From positions 5,332,001 to 5,396,000 of the forward strand of contig CAKKNE010000001.1 of assembly GCA_918797485.1 (NCBI GenBank): a stretch of 64,000 bases of DNA, written 5' to 3'. The notes beneath the pieces are model-generated. The model ran no database searches. It saw nothing but the letters and a program-made list of their open reading frames with translations, and had not been told where the DNA came from. Position 1 is the stretch's first letter. The number at the start of each line of letters is the position of its first letter. The translations under genes were made by a program, and so were the position numbers. Below, piece after piece: positions 30,892 to 43,679 of this stretch. This stretch comes from Pelagomonas calceolata. Lineage: Eukaryota.

Positions 30892-32343
30892 ATGAGCCGC
30901 ACCAGCTGCCTCGTCCTACGACCAACCCTCGCCGAGTTCAACGACATCGAGACCCTGATGCGCCGGGCCGAAATGGAGTCCGAGGGCGCCGGGATCGTCA
31001 AAATCGTGCCTCCATCTGGATGGTGGGACGGCGCCGCCGAGGCTTCACAAGCATTCAACGGCGATACGATACCGGGGAAGACGAGCGGCGGCCGGCGCGC
31101 CAAGAATCTGCTGGATACGCTGAAGTTGAGGCCCATCCGGCAAGCGGTGAGCCGCCCACCAGGCACGCCCAAGGGCGCCTTCGAAGTTGCGATCCTGCCA
31201 CAACCACAGACAACAGCTAAACAATTCCGCAAGACGGCCCTGAAACTACAAGAAGAAGCAGAAAGGAAAGCTCGAGAAGCTAGAGAACGGTTCGAGAGGA
31301 GAGGCTGCGAAGCGCGAGGCTCTGAAGATGTGAGTGATGACGCGGGCGTCGAGGCGGCCTTCTGGAAGGCGCTGACGCCGTTAAATGAAGCGCCGCTCTA
31401 CGGCGCCGACGTCGACGCGACTTGTTTTACGGATAATGACAAGACGAGTGAGGGAGAAGTACCAGGCTGGCACCTCGACGCGATACCCTCGTGCCGCCTG
31501 AGACCCTTCCTCAAGCGCCTGAAAGCGCGAATCCCGGGCGTGACGAACGGCATGCTGTATTTTGGGGCGCCGCGGGCCTTCTTCGCGTGGCACGTGGAAG
31601 ACGCGAACCTGTACAGCGTCAACTACCTGCACTGCGGCGCGCCCAAGTCCTGGTACGCGCTGGACCCGCGGGCCGCGCCGAAGTTCGAGGAAAAATGTAG
31701 GGAGGCCTTCCCCGACTTGGCGCGAGAATGTAAAGATTTTCTAAGGCACAAGACCGTCGTCGTGAGTCCGGACTTGCTCGTGAAGTGGGATTTAGATCAA
31801 TATCTGGTCGAGTGTGTCCAAAGACCGGGCGAGATGGTCGTCACGTTTCCTGCTGGGTATCATTGCGGCTTCAACCACGGCTACAACGTCGCCGAGTCTA
31901 CGAATTTTGCCACTGATACTTGGAGTGAGATTGGTCGCCAGGCGTCGCACTGCAAGTGCCAAGCGGACACGGTGCGCATCGACGTGCCGCTGTTCGAGCG
32001 GTGGCGCGTCGAGGGCGAGAATGCTTTCGTCTGTAAGCCCGTGGTGGTCGAGGCGCCGCCACCTGCTCCGCCGCCGAAGAAGAAGGCCAAGAAAGCCTCA
32101 TCGAACAGCGCGCCGCGGAAACGGCGGTGCCGCACGTGCGCCGCGTGCAAGGCCGCGGACTGCGGCGAGTGCAAGTTCTGCAAGGACTCGCCGAAGTTCG
32201 GCGGCCCGGGCAAGATGAAGCAGTGCTGCGTCAAGCGCGTGTGTCTGCAGCCGAGACTGCCCCCTTCCGCTATGGTGAGCGGGGCGCCCTGTTCATCCGG
32301 CACGCGGCACATCGACAAGCGCATTCCCCCCATCATGACCTAA
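30892..32343 (+). CDS. KDM4/JMJD2-type JmjN-JmjC histone demethylase with C-terminal CXXC zinc finger
   Basis: LRPTLAEF…GIVKIVPPSGW (JmjN); FAWHVED…YSVNYLH…KSWY…YHCGFNHGYNVAESTNFA; RRCRTCAAC…DCGECKFCKDSPKFGG…KQCCVKRVC. Confidence 0.92.
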   Translation: MSRTSCLVLRPTLAEFNDIETLMRRAEMESEGAGIVKIVPPSGWWDGAAEASQAFNGDTIPGKTSGGRRAKNLLDTLKLRPIRQAVSRPPGTPKGAFEVAILPQPQTTAKQFRKTALKLQEEAERKAREARERFERRGCEARGSEDVSDDAGVEAAFWKALTPLNEAPLYGADVDATCFTDNDKTSEGEVPGWHLDAIPSCRLRPFLKRLKARIPGVTNGMLYFGAPRAFFAWHVEDANLYSVNYLHCGAPKSWYALDPRAAPKFEEKCREAFPDLARECKDFLRHKTVVVSPDLLVKWDLDQYLVECVQRPGEMVVTFPAGYHCGFNHGYNVAESTNFATDTWSEIGRQASHCKCQADTVRIDVPLFERWRVEGENAFVCKPVVVEAPPPAPPPKKKAKKASSNSAPRKRRCRTCAACKAADCGECKFCKDSPKFGGPGKMKQCCVKRVCLQPRLPPSAMVSGAPCSSGTRHIDKRIPPIMT

Positions 32344-32772
32344 GTTTGAAGCCTCTCAACCTGGGCGCTTCGATGGCTTCGGGGTGGAGTCGCGGCGCCG
32401 TCGACGGAAAATCACCGCAGTTTCGTCGGCGGCGGCGTCAGGGCGGGGCCGAAGCGTACAAGGGGTAATCGTACCTCTCAATTGGACCACGTAGCGTTCG
32501 ATCGCGATCGTACGGGTCATCTCCAAACTTCGGGAGAGCTGCCTGCCAAATCAGCCTGGGAGCGAGGCCAGCCACGAAAAGGGCAGCCGCAAATTGGGCA
32601 AGAACGTGTTGATCCGGCACCCAGCATTGCCCGCACACGTGATCGCAGCACAGCAGCTGTGAGCGAGAGTCAACTCCCAAATCCATACCTAGGTGGTATC
32701 AGGCTGGGAGGCTGGGAGGGCAGCCCGACGCCGTCGCCGCGACACCGACGACCGACGCAGCACACCGTAGTG

Positions 32773-33492
32773 ATGATGGAGTGCTTCGGCATCTCCTGCT
32801 TCGAGGAGCCACAGGAGGAGGAGGAGCTCGTCGCCGCACCAAACGAACCAAAGAAGAAGTCGCCCCCTCCAAAAAAACTCAGGAAGAAGCGCTCCGTCAA
32901 GTTCGCCGCGCCGTCGGAGAAGTCCTCGAAGAAGCTCATTCCGGCCCCACCGCCCTCACCACGACCCGTGTGCTCCCTACCGGCGCCGACGGACGTGGTC
33001 TGGGGGCCCCTGGTGGACATGATGCCCCTCACGCCGGACAAGGAGCTGGCCTTTTTTGAGTTGCTGCACTCCCACCCGTCGCAAAAACTTCTAGAACCAT
33101 CATCGACGGACGGTAGCACAGTAATGATGTTCGCCGCGGAGTATCATGCGCATCTGGCCGGAAAGATGATTTTTGTCCACTGCCAGCGCTATGGGCAGCG
33201 GTACGAGTTATTGACTCTTAGGAATAATGCGGGCAAGAACGCGGCGTGCTACGTGCATGAATTGGATCCGGAATTACCAGTCATGAAGCTCTTCGAGGAG
33301 GAGATGCGGAAGAACGGTGTTGATAGAGACAGCGAGCACGCTCGAATTCTGGTGCCGAAGAAGAAGAAGAAGAGTCTAGGGGTGAAACGGGCGATGGGGC
33401 TCAAGAAGGACAAGCCCGACCCGCGCGCCGGCCGGCCGGGGCTCGTCGCGCAGCAGTCCGTGCGCTTCCAGAACATGAACGTTCGGTCATAA
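32773..33492 (+). CDS. Hypothetical protein with ankyrin-like segment and possible N-terminal acylation Cys
   Basis: MMECFGISCF; DGSTVMMFAA…RNNAGKNA ankyrin-like pattern. Confidence 0.55.
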   Translation: MMECFGISCFEEPQEEEELVAAPNEPKKKSPPPKKLRKKRSVKFAAPSEKSSKKLIPAPPPSPRPVCSLPAPTDVVWGPLVDMMPLTPDKELAFFELLHSHPSQKLLEPSSTDGSTVMMFAAEYHAHLAGKMIFVHCQRYGQRYELLTLRNNAGKNAACYVHELDPELPVMKLFEEEMRKNGVDRDSEHARILVPKKKKKSLGVKRAMGLKKDKPDPRAGRPGLVAQQSVRFQNMNVRS

Positions 33493-33498
33493 CAACAA

Positions 33499-34581
33499 TT
33501 ACTCGACGTACCCCGCGCTCCGCGCGAGGTTACCACCCGACGCGCGCTCCCACCTTCTCACTCCGCGGTACGCCCGGGCCGCGGGAGTCTTCCCGCCGGC
33601 CCAGCCGTACCTCGCCGGGATGGAGCAGTTTCCTGTCTGAGACGGGTACGCACTACAAAGCGTGTCGCGGAGCCCTTGGCGTAGTTCGTCGGCGACGGCG
33701 CAGCCCCCCGCGCCCTGACCAAACAGCTTGTCGACCTTCAGGCGCTGCGCATCGAGTTTCACGACGGCCCGCGCGTACAACCGGATGTCCCGCGGCACGA
33801 GCTTCGCCAGCAGCTGGAGCTCCTCCTGATCTAAATCGTTGAGGTTCGCCGAGGGCACCTTGTGGCGCTCGTGGGTTAAGCGAGGACCTAGTTCCGTACT
33901 GCCGCAGCGACAGTACTCCAAAGGTGAATGTGTCGTGAGCATCCTTAGCAAACACGCCGACTGGGGATACGCCTCGGCCAATCCAACAAAATAGGCTTTA
34001 CCCAACGAAGCTAATGCTTTTGACAACATAGGCGGATGCTTGGGCACGGTCCAGGCCGACTGGGCCGTCGCTAAATATCTCGTTTGTATATCCCTCGAGT
34101 GATAACAAGCAAAAGCATAAGTAGCGTTCCGGTTCAAGAGTCGCTGGGCCCACAACTTTAAACCACTCTTCACGCCGGTACCTTCCCGCGGGAAGCCCTT
34201 GTCCTGAACTCGTATCGAGTACTTGCACATGAGGAATTGACTATAAGCCATTTTTATCGGATGCCGTAACATCAATACTAAACGTGTCCGCGGGTAGGAA
34301 TTTATCAAGTGTTGGGTGTACCCGTGCCACAGCGCCTTCTCGTGCGAGCCTCTGAGGATCGCGCCCCTCGGTAGGTGTCGGGGCGAGTCTTTCATAAATG
34401 AGGCGCCGGCGTTCTTCGGGATGTGGACGAAGACGTAGAGGTACTGGTTCACTATTGCTGAGCTATTTAGCGTGCCGCGCCACTTGACGCCGTCGCTCCG
34501 CGAGAGGCGGCGGCGGACGTCTAGGGGTGGCTGCCCCATTGTTGCTGCCGCGGCGGCAGCGATGGCCCAGAGTGTGCGCAT
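33499..34581 (-). CDS. Golgi/secreted sulfotransferase-family protein
   Basis: Signal peptide; FVHIPKNAGAS (5'-PSB) and LRHPIKMAYS (3'-PB) motifs. Confidence 0.8.
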   Translation of the reverse strand: MRTLWAIAAAAAATMGQPPLDVRRRLSRSDGVKWRGTLNSSAIVNQYLYVFVHIPKNAGASFMKDSPRHLPRGAILRGSHEKALWHGYTQHLINSYPRTRLVLMLRHPIKMAYSQFLMCKYSIRVQDKGFPREGTGVKSGLKLWAQRLLNRNATYAFACYHSRDIQTRYLATAQSAWTVPKHPPMLSKALASLGKAYFVGLAEAYPQSACLLRMLTTHSPLEYCRCGSTELGPRLTHERHKVPSANLNDLDQEELQLLAKLVPRDIRLYARAVVKLDAQRLKVDKLFGQGAGGCAVADELRQGLRDTLCSAYPSQTGNCSIPARYGWAGGKTPAARAYRGVRRWERASGGNLARSAGYVE

Positions 34582-34668
34582 GGCCTTAGCTATGCGACCA
34601 TGGTGTGGCAGCGCATCGGTACGCGTTCTTTTGCGCCGATCCGGCCGATTGATTGGCCAAAATTTGGT

Positions 34669-34691
34669 GCTAGTGTCTTACAGCCGCTAGC
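34669..34691. promoter_or_regulatory. Recurrent intergenic CTAG motif copy
   Basis: GCTAGTGTCTTACAGCCGCTAGC in a divergent promoter. Confidence 0.7.
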
Positions 34692-34863
34692 TAGCTCAGC
34701 ACTTCAATTGCAGCTACGACGCGACGCGCAGCTGTTGTGCTGTCGATAGCTGGTCGAATCGTTCAGTGGAAGCACTCCTTGCTCGCCAGCCGCTCAGCAC
34801 TGCGGGAAGCTTCCTAGGTGTGCAGCTAGGGCACCACCTCAATTAGCGCTGCAGCCGCAGTAG

Positions 34864-36667
<1,804 letters not shown>

Positions 36668-36710
36668 TTCTTGTTCTTAGCCTTCGTGCTACTAGTAGGG
36701 GGTTCGGGGT

Positions 36711-37136
36711 TTAGCGCTTGCGGATGCCGAGCGGTCTTTTGGTCGAGACGGCCTTGATGCCCTGCGCGTTGGCGTAGGACTTGGTCTTCTTGCGCACCAT
36801 GAGCATCTTCGCGCGGCGGCGGTTCCGGCCGGCCGCGGCGGCGGGCGCGAGCGCCGGCGGCGGCTGAAACGCGCCGGGCGCCGGGTTCCTTAACAACGCC
36901 TGCTGGAAGGCGAGCACTAACGCGTCGGGCTTCTTGGCCTTGTGGGCGTGCTTGACGTGGCGCGGCGCGCCGTCGCCGTCGCCTCTAGCTGCGGGTCGTA
37001 ATGTCTTCACCATCTCGCCGGACAGGGCGCGGTCGATCGCCCGCGCGACCTGTGTAGTAACCACAATGACGCCTCGACGTCGTGGAGGGGCCGTGACACC
37101 GCGCGCGACGTGGACGGAGGGGCGCTTCAGGCGCAT
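36711..37136 (-). CDS. Small basic hypothetical protein; 5' structure uncertain (probable intron 37050-37115 and further upstream exons)
   Basis: Lys/Arg-rich ORF with coding-like codons; GT…ACACAG segment containing a degenerate introner core. Confidence 0.45.
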   Translation of the reverse strand: MRLKRPSVHVARGVTAPPRRRGVIVVTTQVARAIDRALSGEMVKTLRPAARGDGDGAPRHVKHAHKAKKPDALVLAFQQALLRNPAPGAFQPPPALAPAAAAGRNRRRAKMLMVRKKTKSYANAQGIKAVSTKRPLGIRKR

Positions 37137-37686
37137 GAACTTGTGCCTGTGAGTAGTTGGTCAACGCGCGGCGCGCGCGGCGATGGCGCATCTCGTAAAG
37201 CACGGCGGTCGAAACTCCGCGAGCCGCTCCACGTAATACGAGGTGCCTTTCTCGTTGGGCACGGGGGGCGGAGGGCCCCGGACGGCGCCGCCGCGCAGCC
37301 AAAAGCACCCCTGGGCTTGTAGGTATCTGCAGCGCGCGCCAGCGTCGAGCTGTCGAACGGCCGTCGGCCAGGCGAGCACTGCTGTCAAAACGAAGCTCTG
37401 CGACGAGTATGAGACACTGACAGCGGACAGCAGCTGTGTGCTGGACGCAGAGCTACAGCAGAATCAGCAGATCAGCTCCGCTTCGCGAGCCGGACGAACG
37501 AAACAAGACTCGCCGCATACACTCACCAGTCCCACCAGGCGACGACTCTTCCCTCATCGGGCGCGGCGGTCGCCTCCGACTCGGGCTCGGCGCGTGTCCG
37601 CGGCAGGCTCGGACTCCTTCTGGATCGGACTCCTCGGGATCACAAACCAACACGCCATCGACGCGACAAAGAAACAACACAGGTAC

Positions 37687-39399
37687 TTAGAACACCTCCA
37701 CGCCGCTCTCGACGTTCGGCATCGTAACAACCTCGGAGATCTCGATGTAGCGCGGCGCTCGCAACCTTCTCCTTTTAGGAAGAAATCGCGACACGACCAT
37801 CACGCAAAGGAGAAACAGCAACACCGCAGAAACGGCCCGCACCATCTTCAGGTCCCGTCCCGGCGCCACATCGTCTACCAACAGCAAAGATGAGGAAGCG
37901 TGCGCATGTATAAGACGCGCATACCACGCGAAGGACCGCTTCGGTGTTCTCGTTAACGTATTATAGTCGACGAAGACCAGCCCGAAGCGCTTCGAGTAGC
38001 CGTCCGCCCACTCGAAATTGTCGAGCAAAGACCAAGCGTAGTAGGCCTGCACGTCGGCGCCCCGTTGTATGGCTGTAGCGACGCCGTCGATGTGGCTCCT
38101 CAAGTAGTCGATCCTCCAGACATCGTCGCGCTCGTCTTCGCCGGAAGGCTGGTCGCACCCATTCTCGGTGACGGCCATTGGTAGATGATACCGGTCTTGG
38201 AGCCACAGGAGGACATCCGTGAGACCATCAGGAGCGACGTAGAGCCAGGGCGAACCACCGACGACGCCAATTCTTGGATCGCCTTCTGATAACGATCGTG
38301 TCGTCGCGAGGTGGTACTCGCCGTTGAGCGCGGGAATGCCCGCCGCGTCTCCCACGGATGCCGCGGGGTAGACGGCGTCGGCCGCGGCGACATAGCGACT
38401 GGTGTAGTAGTTCACCCCTAACATATCCACAGAACCCTTGAGTAGTGTTTGTTCCTCGATGGTAAACTGGGGCAGTGCCGGTGCCCGAGCTTTCAATGAT
38501 GGCGGGTAATCCCCTCGCACCAACGGGTCGAGGAACCAGGCCCACTGCGCCTCCATGAAGCTCGAAGCCGCGTTCATATCATCTACCGACCCGTCCCGGA
38601 GCGGCCAGGCCATCCAGCCGCAGTTCACCATGTCTATGCTGTATCCTTTCGAAAATCGTGCCCTAAACCTAGAAGCAGCGTGCGCATGTGCTAGTAACAC
38701 ATTATGAGCCGCTAGTAGCGGTTCGGTCTCCGAGTCTCCAGCAATACATCGTGATCGATCGGAACACCGACCCGGCGCCATGACGCCCGTGCCGTAGCCG
38801 CCCCCCACGAACGTCAGGGGCTCGTTGAACGTCGTCCAGGTTTTTACGTGATGACCAAACAGCTCAAAACATTTTTCAGCATATGCAGCAAAGTCCTCCA
38901 CTATTGATGGAGAGAGCCAGCCGTTATACTCATCTTCGAGAGCTTGTGGAAGGTCCCAGTGGTACAGTGTCACTCGCGGTTCGATATTTTTTTCTACCAG
39001 TAGGTCCAGCAACGCCGAGTAGAACGCGACGCCCTCGTCATTCAAAGTCCTACCGTCCGGCATTAACCGGCTCCACGATATTGATAGACGGTAGTGTTTG
39101 ATGCCCGCCTTGGCCAGCAAATCAATATCTTCTGGGTAGCGATGGTAGTGGTCGTCGGCGACGTCGCCGCTATCGCCATCGTGGGTCTTGCCTTTTTCAT
39201 GGGAGAAGGCATCCCATATAGAAGGGCCGCGGCCTCCTTCTGAAGCGGCGCCTTCGATCTGGTAGGCCGCGGTCGCGGCGCCGAAGGCGAAACCATCGGG
39301 TAACGCTAATAAGTTGGGCGGGAGCGCGTCGACGGCGACGGTTTTGGTTGCGGTTGCTTGTGCGAGGCAGAGGAGCGCCGTCACCGCGCCCAGCGCCAT
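37687..39399 (-). CDS. GH1 beta-glucosidase with signal peptide and C-terminal TM anchor
   Basis: FGAATAAYQIEG, TFNEP (acid/base), VTENG (nucleophile), WSLLDNFEWADGYSKRFG. Confidence 0.95.
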   Translation of the reverse strand: MALGAVTALLCLAQATATKTVAVDALPPNLLALPDGFAFGAATAAYQIEGAASEGGRGPSIWDAFSHEKGKTHDGDSGDVADDHYHRYPEDIDLLAKAGIKHYRLSISWSRLMPDGRTLNDEGVAFYSALLDLLVEKNIEPRVTLYHWDLPQALEDEYNGWLSPSIVEDFAAYAEKCFELFGHHVKTWTTFNEPLTFVGGGYGTGVMAPGRCSDRSRCIAGDSETEPLLAAHNVLLAHAHAASRFRARFSKGYSIDMVNCGWMAWPLRDGSVDDMNAASSFMEAQWAWFLDPLVRGDYPPSLKARAPALPQFTIEEQTLLKGSVDMLGVNYYTSRYVAAADAVYPAASVGDAAGIPALNGEYHLATTRSLSEGDPRIGVVGGSPWLYVAPDGLTDVLLWLQDRYHLPMAVTENGCDQPSGEDERDDVWRIDYLRSHIDGVATAIQRGADVQAYYAWSLLDNFEWADGYSKRFGLVFVDYNTLTRTPKRSFAWYARLIHAHASSSLLLVDDVAPGRDLKMVRAVSAVLLFLLCVMVVSRFLPKRRRLRAPRYIEISEVVTMPNVESGVEVF

Positions 39400-39573
39400 T
39401 GCGCGCAGCGGTTTTGGCTGCTGCAAGGGTGAGGGCCAAGGTCAAAGTGGGAGCGGCGGCGGCGTCGTGTCCACCAAGTCACTTAGCGTGGTCAGCACTA
39501 CTGTAAGTGTGCCCGCACGCCGGCCAGCGCGTGTTGCAGCTATTGCGGCGCGATTGCAGCGCTTTGCTTTTGC

Positions 39574-39595
39574 GCTAGTGTCCTTATGACGCTAG
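39574..39595. promoter_or_regulatory. CTAG motif copy (variant)
   Basis: GCTAGTGTCCTTATGACGCTAG in a divergent promoter. Confidence 0.55.
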
Positions 39596-39746
39596 TAAAA
39601 CTCGGAGAGCTCGCCGCTTTTTGGCCAGCGTAGCGGCCTCTGTGGTCAAGTGCCAATTGCACGGCTCGCGTATATTAACTAACATACCTGCCGGAGCATC
39701 GCTGCGGCGGCGAAATTCGTATTTAGGCAGTAGCGAGCATCGTGAC

Positions 39747-41948
39747 ATGGCGTGGCGTGTGCTCGCCACCGTCAGCCGCGGCTCCGCCGGCGCGAGGACG
39801 CCGCAGGGAGCACTACGCGCGTTGTCCGCGGCCCCCGCGTCCGCCGATCTAACAAGGAACATTGGTATAAGCGCACACATCGACAGCGGCAAAACCACGT
39901 TAACGGAGCGCATCCTGTACTACACCGGCCGCATCAACAACATCCATGATGTCCGAGGGAAAGATGGAGTGGGCGCAAAGATGGACTCCATGGACTTGGA
40001 GAGGGAGAAGGGCATCACCATACAGTCAGCAGCGACCCATTGCTCTTGGAACGAGAACCATATCAACATCATTGACACGCCGGGGCACGTCGACTTTACG
40101 ATTGAGGTGGAACGAGCTTTGAGGGTTTTGGACGGCGGCGTTCTCGTGTTATGTGGTGTCTCGGGCGTCCAATCGCAATCGTTAACTGTGGATCGGCAGA
40201 TGAAGCGGTATGACGTTCCGAGAGTGGCCTTCGTCAATAAGCTCGATCGAGCCGGGGCGAATCCGGACAAAGTCGTGGACCAGTTACGAGAGCAGATGGC
40301 TTTACATGCTTGTGCCGTCCAGATGCCGATTGGTCTGTCAGAAAACCATGAGGGCGTCGTGGACTTGGTTAAAAGGGTAGCGTACACCTTCAAAGGTGTG
40401 AAAGGTGAGGAGGTCGAGGAGACGGATGTACCTGCTTCATTGGTAGATGAAGTGGAAGAAAGGAGAAATACGTTGATAGAAGCGGTAGCTGATGTCGACG
40501 ATGCGCTCGCGGAGCTGTACCTCGAAGGTGACGAGATCGATGCTTCAGTGCTGACGGATGCCATCGGGCGCGCGACGAAAGCTAGAGAGTTTGTGCCGGT
40601 GTTTATGGGTTCGGCGTTCAAGAACAAGGGCGTCCAGCCCTTGCTCGATGGCGTCGTGTCGTACCTGCCGGCGCCGACGGCTCGCGAAGGGGTGTGTGCA
40701 TTGGACTTGGAGAACGATGAAGCTCCAGTACCGATCGAGTGCGATAGTGATGCACCACTCCTTGCATTAGCGTTCAAGCTGGAAGAATCTAGGTTTGGGC
40801 AATTGACGTATGTCAGGATCTACCAGGGCACGTTGAAGAAGGGCGACTACATCCAGAACGTACGAACTAGGTCAAGGACGAAAGTACCGCGCGTGGTACG
40901 GATGCACGCCGACGACATGGAGGAGATCGACGAGGCGTCGGCCGGTGATGTGGTGGCCATTTTTGGCGTGGAATGTGCTTCCATGGACTCGTTCGTTTCG
41001 GGCGAGAAGCGAGGTGAATCATCACGATTAGCTATGGCGTCGATGTACGTGCCGAGGCCTGTGATCAGTTTAGCGGTAGCGCCGAAGAAGGGCGCGCCGC
41101 CCAATGTGGTCGACGCCTTCGGCAACGCCTTGCAACGTTTTACAAGGGAGGACCCTACTCTCAGAGTACATGTCGACAATGAGTCCAAACAAACGATCAT
41201 CAGTGGCATGGGCGAGCTGCACCTAGATGTCTACGTCGAGCGGATGAAGCGCGAGTACAAGGTTGAGGTGGAGGTAGGTGAGCCCCAGGTGAATTATCGG
41301 GAGGCGATCACGCGCAAAGCTACCTTTGACTACTTACATAAAAAACAAACTGGAGGTTCGGGCCAGTATGCCAAAATCATAGGATACATCGAGCCCATTG
41401 AGGAAGAGACTTTCGAGTTTGTGAATGAGTGTGTGGGCACGAATGTACCCTCGGAATTTATACCTTCTGTCGAGAAAGGGTGTCGAGACGCGATCGCGAA
41501 GGGCGATCTCGTCGGGTTTCCCGTCGAGGGTTTGAGGGTTGTGTTGCAGGACGGGGCCGCACACGCTGTGGACAGTTCAGATCAGGCCTTCCGGGCCGCG
41601 GCGTTGTACGCCGTGAAAAGAGCCATTGGCGAGGCGGGCGCGAAAGTATTAGAACCGGTCATGGCGCTCGAAGTGAGCGCCCCGACGGAGTTCCAGGGCG
41701 ACATCATGGGCTCCATCAATCAGCGGCGGGGCATGATCACGAACAACAGTACTGATGGGGCCCAGTCGGTCATCAACGCCGACGTACCTCTGGCGCAATT
41801 ATTTGGCTATTCGACGGATATTCGTTCACAAACCCAAGGCAAGGGCGAGTTCACGATGGAGTACAAGACGCACACTTCAGTGATGCCCGACCAGCAGGCC
41901 GAGTTGGTCAAGGAGTTCCAAGCTCGACGGGCTGAGGAGAGTAAATAG
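39747..41948 (+). CDS. GFM1: Mitochondrial elongation factor G1
   Basis: Presequence; [48 protein letters not shown]. Confidence 0.96.
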   Translation: MAWRVLATVSRGSAGARTPQGALRALSAAPASADLTRNIGISAHIDSGKTTLTERILYYTGRINNIHDVRGKDGVGAKMDSMDLEREKGITIQSAATHCSWNENHINIIDTPGHVDFTIEVERALRVLDGGVLVLCGVSGVQSQSLTVDRQMKRYDVPRVAFVNKLDRAGANPDKVVDQLREQMALHACAVQMPIGLSENHEGVVDLVKRVAYTFKGVKGEEVEETDVPASLVDEVEERRNTLIEAVADVDDALAELYLEGDEIDASVLTDAIGRATKAREFVPVFMGSAFKNKGVQPLLDGVVSYLPAPTAREGVCALDLENDEAPVPIECDSDAPLLALAFKLEESRFGQLTYVRIYQGTLKKGDYIQNVRTRSRTKVPRVVRMHADDMEEIDEASAGDVVAIFGVECASMDSFVSGEKRGESSRLAMASMYVPRPVISLAVAPKKGAPPNVVDAFGNALQRFTREDPTLRVHVDNESKQTIISGMGELHLDVYVERMKREYKVEVEVGEPQVNYREAITRKATFDYLHKKQTGGSGQYAKIIGYIEPIEEETFEFVNECVGTNVPSEFIPSVEKGCRDAIAKGDLVGFPVEGLRVVLQDGAAHAVDSSDQAFRAAALYAVKRAIGEAGAKVLEPVMALEVSAPTEFQGDIMGSINQRRGMITNNSTDGAQSVINADVPLAQLFGYSTDIRSQTQGKGEFTMEYKTHTSVMPDQQAELVKEFQARRAEESK

Positions 41949-42180
41949 TTTCACGTTAGTGTCTTCTGGTTGCGTTTCTGGGCCGCGTCGATGGCGTGTC
42001 AACTAGGGGTCGGCGGCCGGTCTCGGAGCCGGCGCCGGGCCCGCTACGGAAGGCGCCGCCCCCCCGCGCGCGTCGCGATCGAGCACGACGCCGACGACGA
42101 GTCCGAGGCCGCGGCACGCCATCGCCGCGCCATCCACCGAAGGTCTATTGGAGGCACATGGTTTAGACGGGGGACAGGAT

Positions 42181-43290
42181 CTATAGGGGGCCGGCGAGGT
42201 AGGGCAACACAACACCCGGGGGCAGAGCGGCGACGCGCGACGCCGCCGGCGCCCGCTGCGGCGCCTGGGGGCACTCGCGCGCTTTCCGCACCCGCACCTC
42301 GTTTAGCTTCGCAAGCGCGCGGACGACGGCGCGGTTCTGAGAAGGTAATGAACGACGCATGTCCACGCACGTCTCCAGATGACGTTCCGCCTCCACGTAG
42401 TCGCCGCGGTGGCCTAAAGCAACCCCAAGGTTCTCGTGCGAGTTCGCGACGTCACTAGTAACGGCGTCGCGGCCGAAGACCGCGCGCTGCATATTTAAAG
42501 CCCGCTTGTGGTAATCGATAGCTTCGTCGTACGCTCCATTGTAATCCGAGACCACGCCCAGGTTGCCGAGAGCCTTCGCGACGTCCGCGTCATTACCAGG
42601 GTGCATCTGGGTCAAAACCGAGAGGGCCCGTTCGTACTCATGCTTCGCCTCGCGGTAGCGGCCTCTTCTACAAAGCGCGTTGCCTAAATTGAGGCGCGCG
42701 CAGGCCGCGTCCTTGGTCTCCAACATGTTCCGATGGGCATAAATCTCGAGGGCCTCGCGGAAGCGCTCCTCCTCGCCACTCGCGATGCCTAAATCATTCA
42801 AGACCGCGGCAACATTTGGGCCGTCTTCTCCATACGATCGCTTCTCCCGTAAGGCTCGCTCCAACGTCGCCGCGGCCCTCGAATCACCACAGTTCAGCAG
42901 CGCCGCTCCCAGCGCGTGGCGCGCCGCCGGAATATAATGAGACTCCTTCCGCAGGCTCCTTTCCAAAAACTCCTCGGCGAGCGCCACGGCGCCCGCTCCT
43001 CCATAAGTTGTGAGGCAGACGCCGCAGCGCCGCCACGCGTCCACGCGCGGTTCCACAGAACGCGCCCAGCGCGCTAAACAATGAACGTGGACGTGGGCCG
43101 AGTCGCCCCTACACGCGCAGGGTGTGATTAATTCACCTTCGTCACTCAAGCAGATGCGGCAGGCCGCTCCTTGTACTGTTGGGGCTTGGGGGCTGCCTTT
43201 CTTCGGCGGCGCGGCGTCGAGCGGCCGGTAGCTCGCCTGCGGCGATGTCTTGGGGCTGCCGTAGCTGCGCCGGCGGCCGAAGATGCCCAT
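42181..43290 (-). CDS. RING-CH (MARCH-type) zinc finger plus KLC-like TPR repeat protein
   Basis: CRICL…LITPCACRG…HVHCLARW…CGVC followed by TPRs (VAKALGNLG…AIDYHKRAL). Confidence 0.85.
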   Translation of the reverse strand: MGIFGRRRSYGSPKTSPQASYRPLDAAPPKKGSPQAPTVQGAACRICLSDEGELITPCACRGDSAHVHVHCLARWARSVEPRVDAWRRCGVCLTTYGGAGAVALAEEFLERSLRKESHYIPAARHALGAALLNCGDSRAAATLERALREKRSYGEDGPNVAAVLNDLGIASGEEERFREALEIYAHRNMLETKDAACARLNLGNALCRRGRYREAKHEYERALSVLTQMHPGNDADVAKALGNLGVVSDYNGAYDEAIDYHKRALNMQRAVFGRDAVTSDVANSHENLGVALGHRGDYVEAERHLETCVDMRRSLPSQNRAVVRALAKLNEVRVRKARECPQAPQRAPAASRVAALPPGVVLPYLAGPL

Positions 43291-43679
43291 TTTGGTGCGC
43301 GTTTAGGGGAATTTGCGGAAGGCACAGCCCCTCTCGATTTGGCCAGGAGAGAGCGGTTCAAGGAGCCAGGTTTTGCTATAGGCGTACTCGCGTAGAGCTC
43401 TGTGACTGAGGTTTTATGCTTTGTTGGGCTTTGCTGACATCTGAGTCTAGTGTGTCTATCATCTAAGGCTGTCTCGTTTTTGGCGGTGATTTTGCGGCTG
43501 TACGTGTGGTGCTATCCACGATAGCATCGTGTGTGAGGCCCTACGCATAGCTGTGATTCGTTTTTCGATCGCTTGCCGACTCTGCTGCCCCAGAGAGCAG
43601 CATCTCACAGGGAGCTCTCCCAGTCAGCTCAGCTGCGCGCGCCCCCGGTGCGCATCGAGACTCCCAGGAAGAAGCACAG

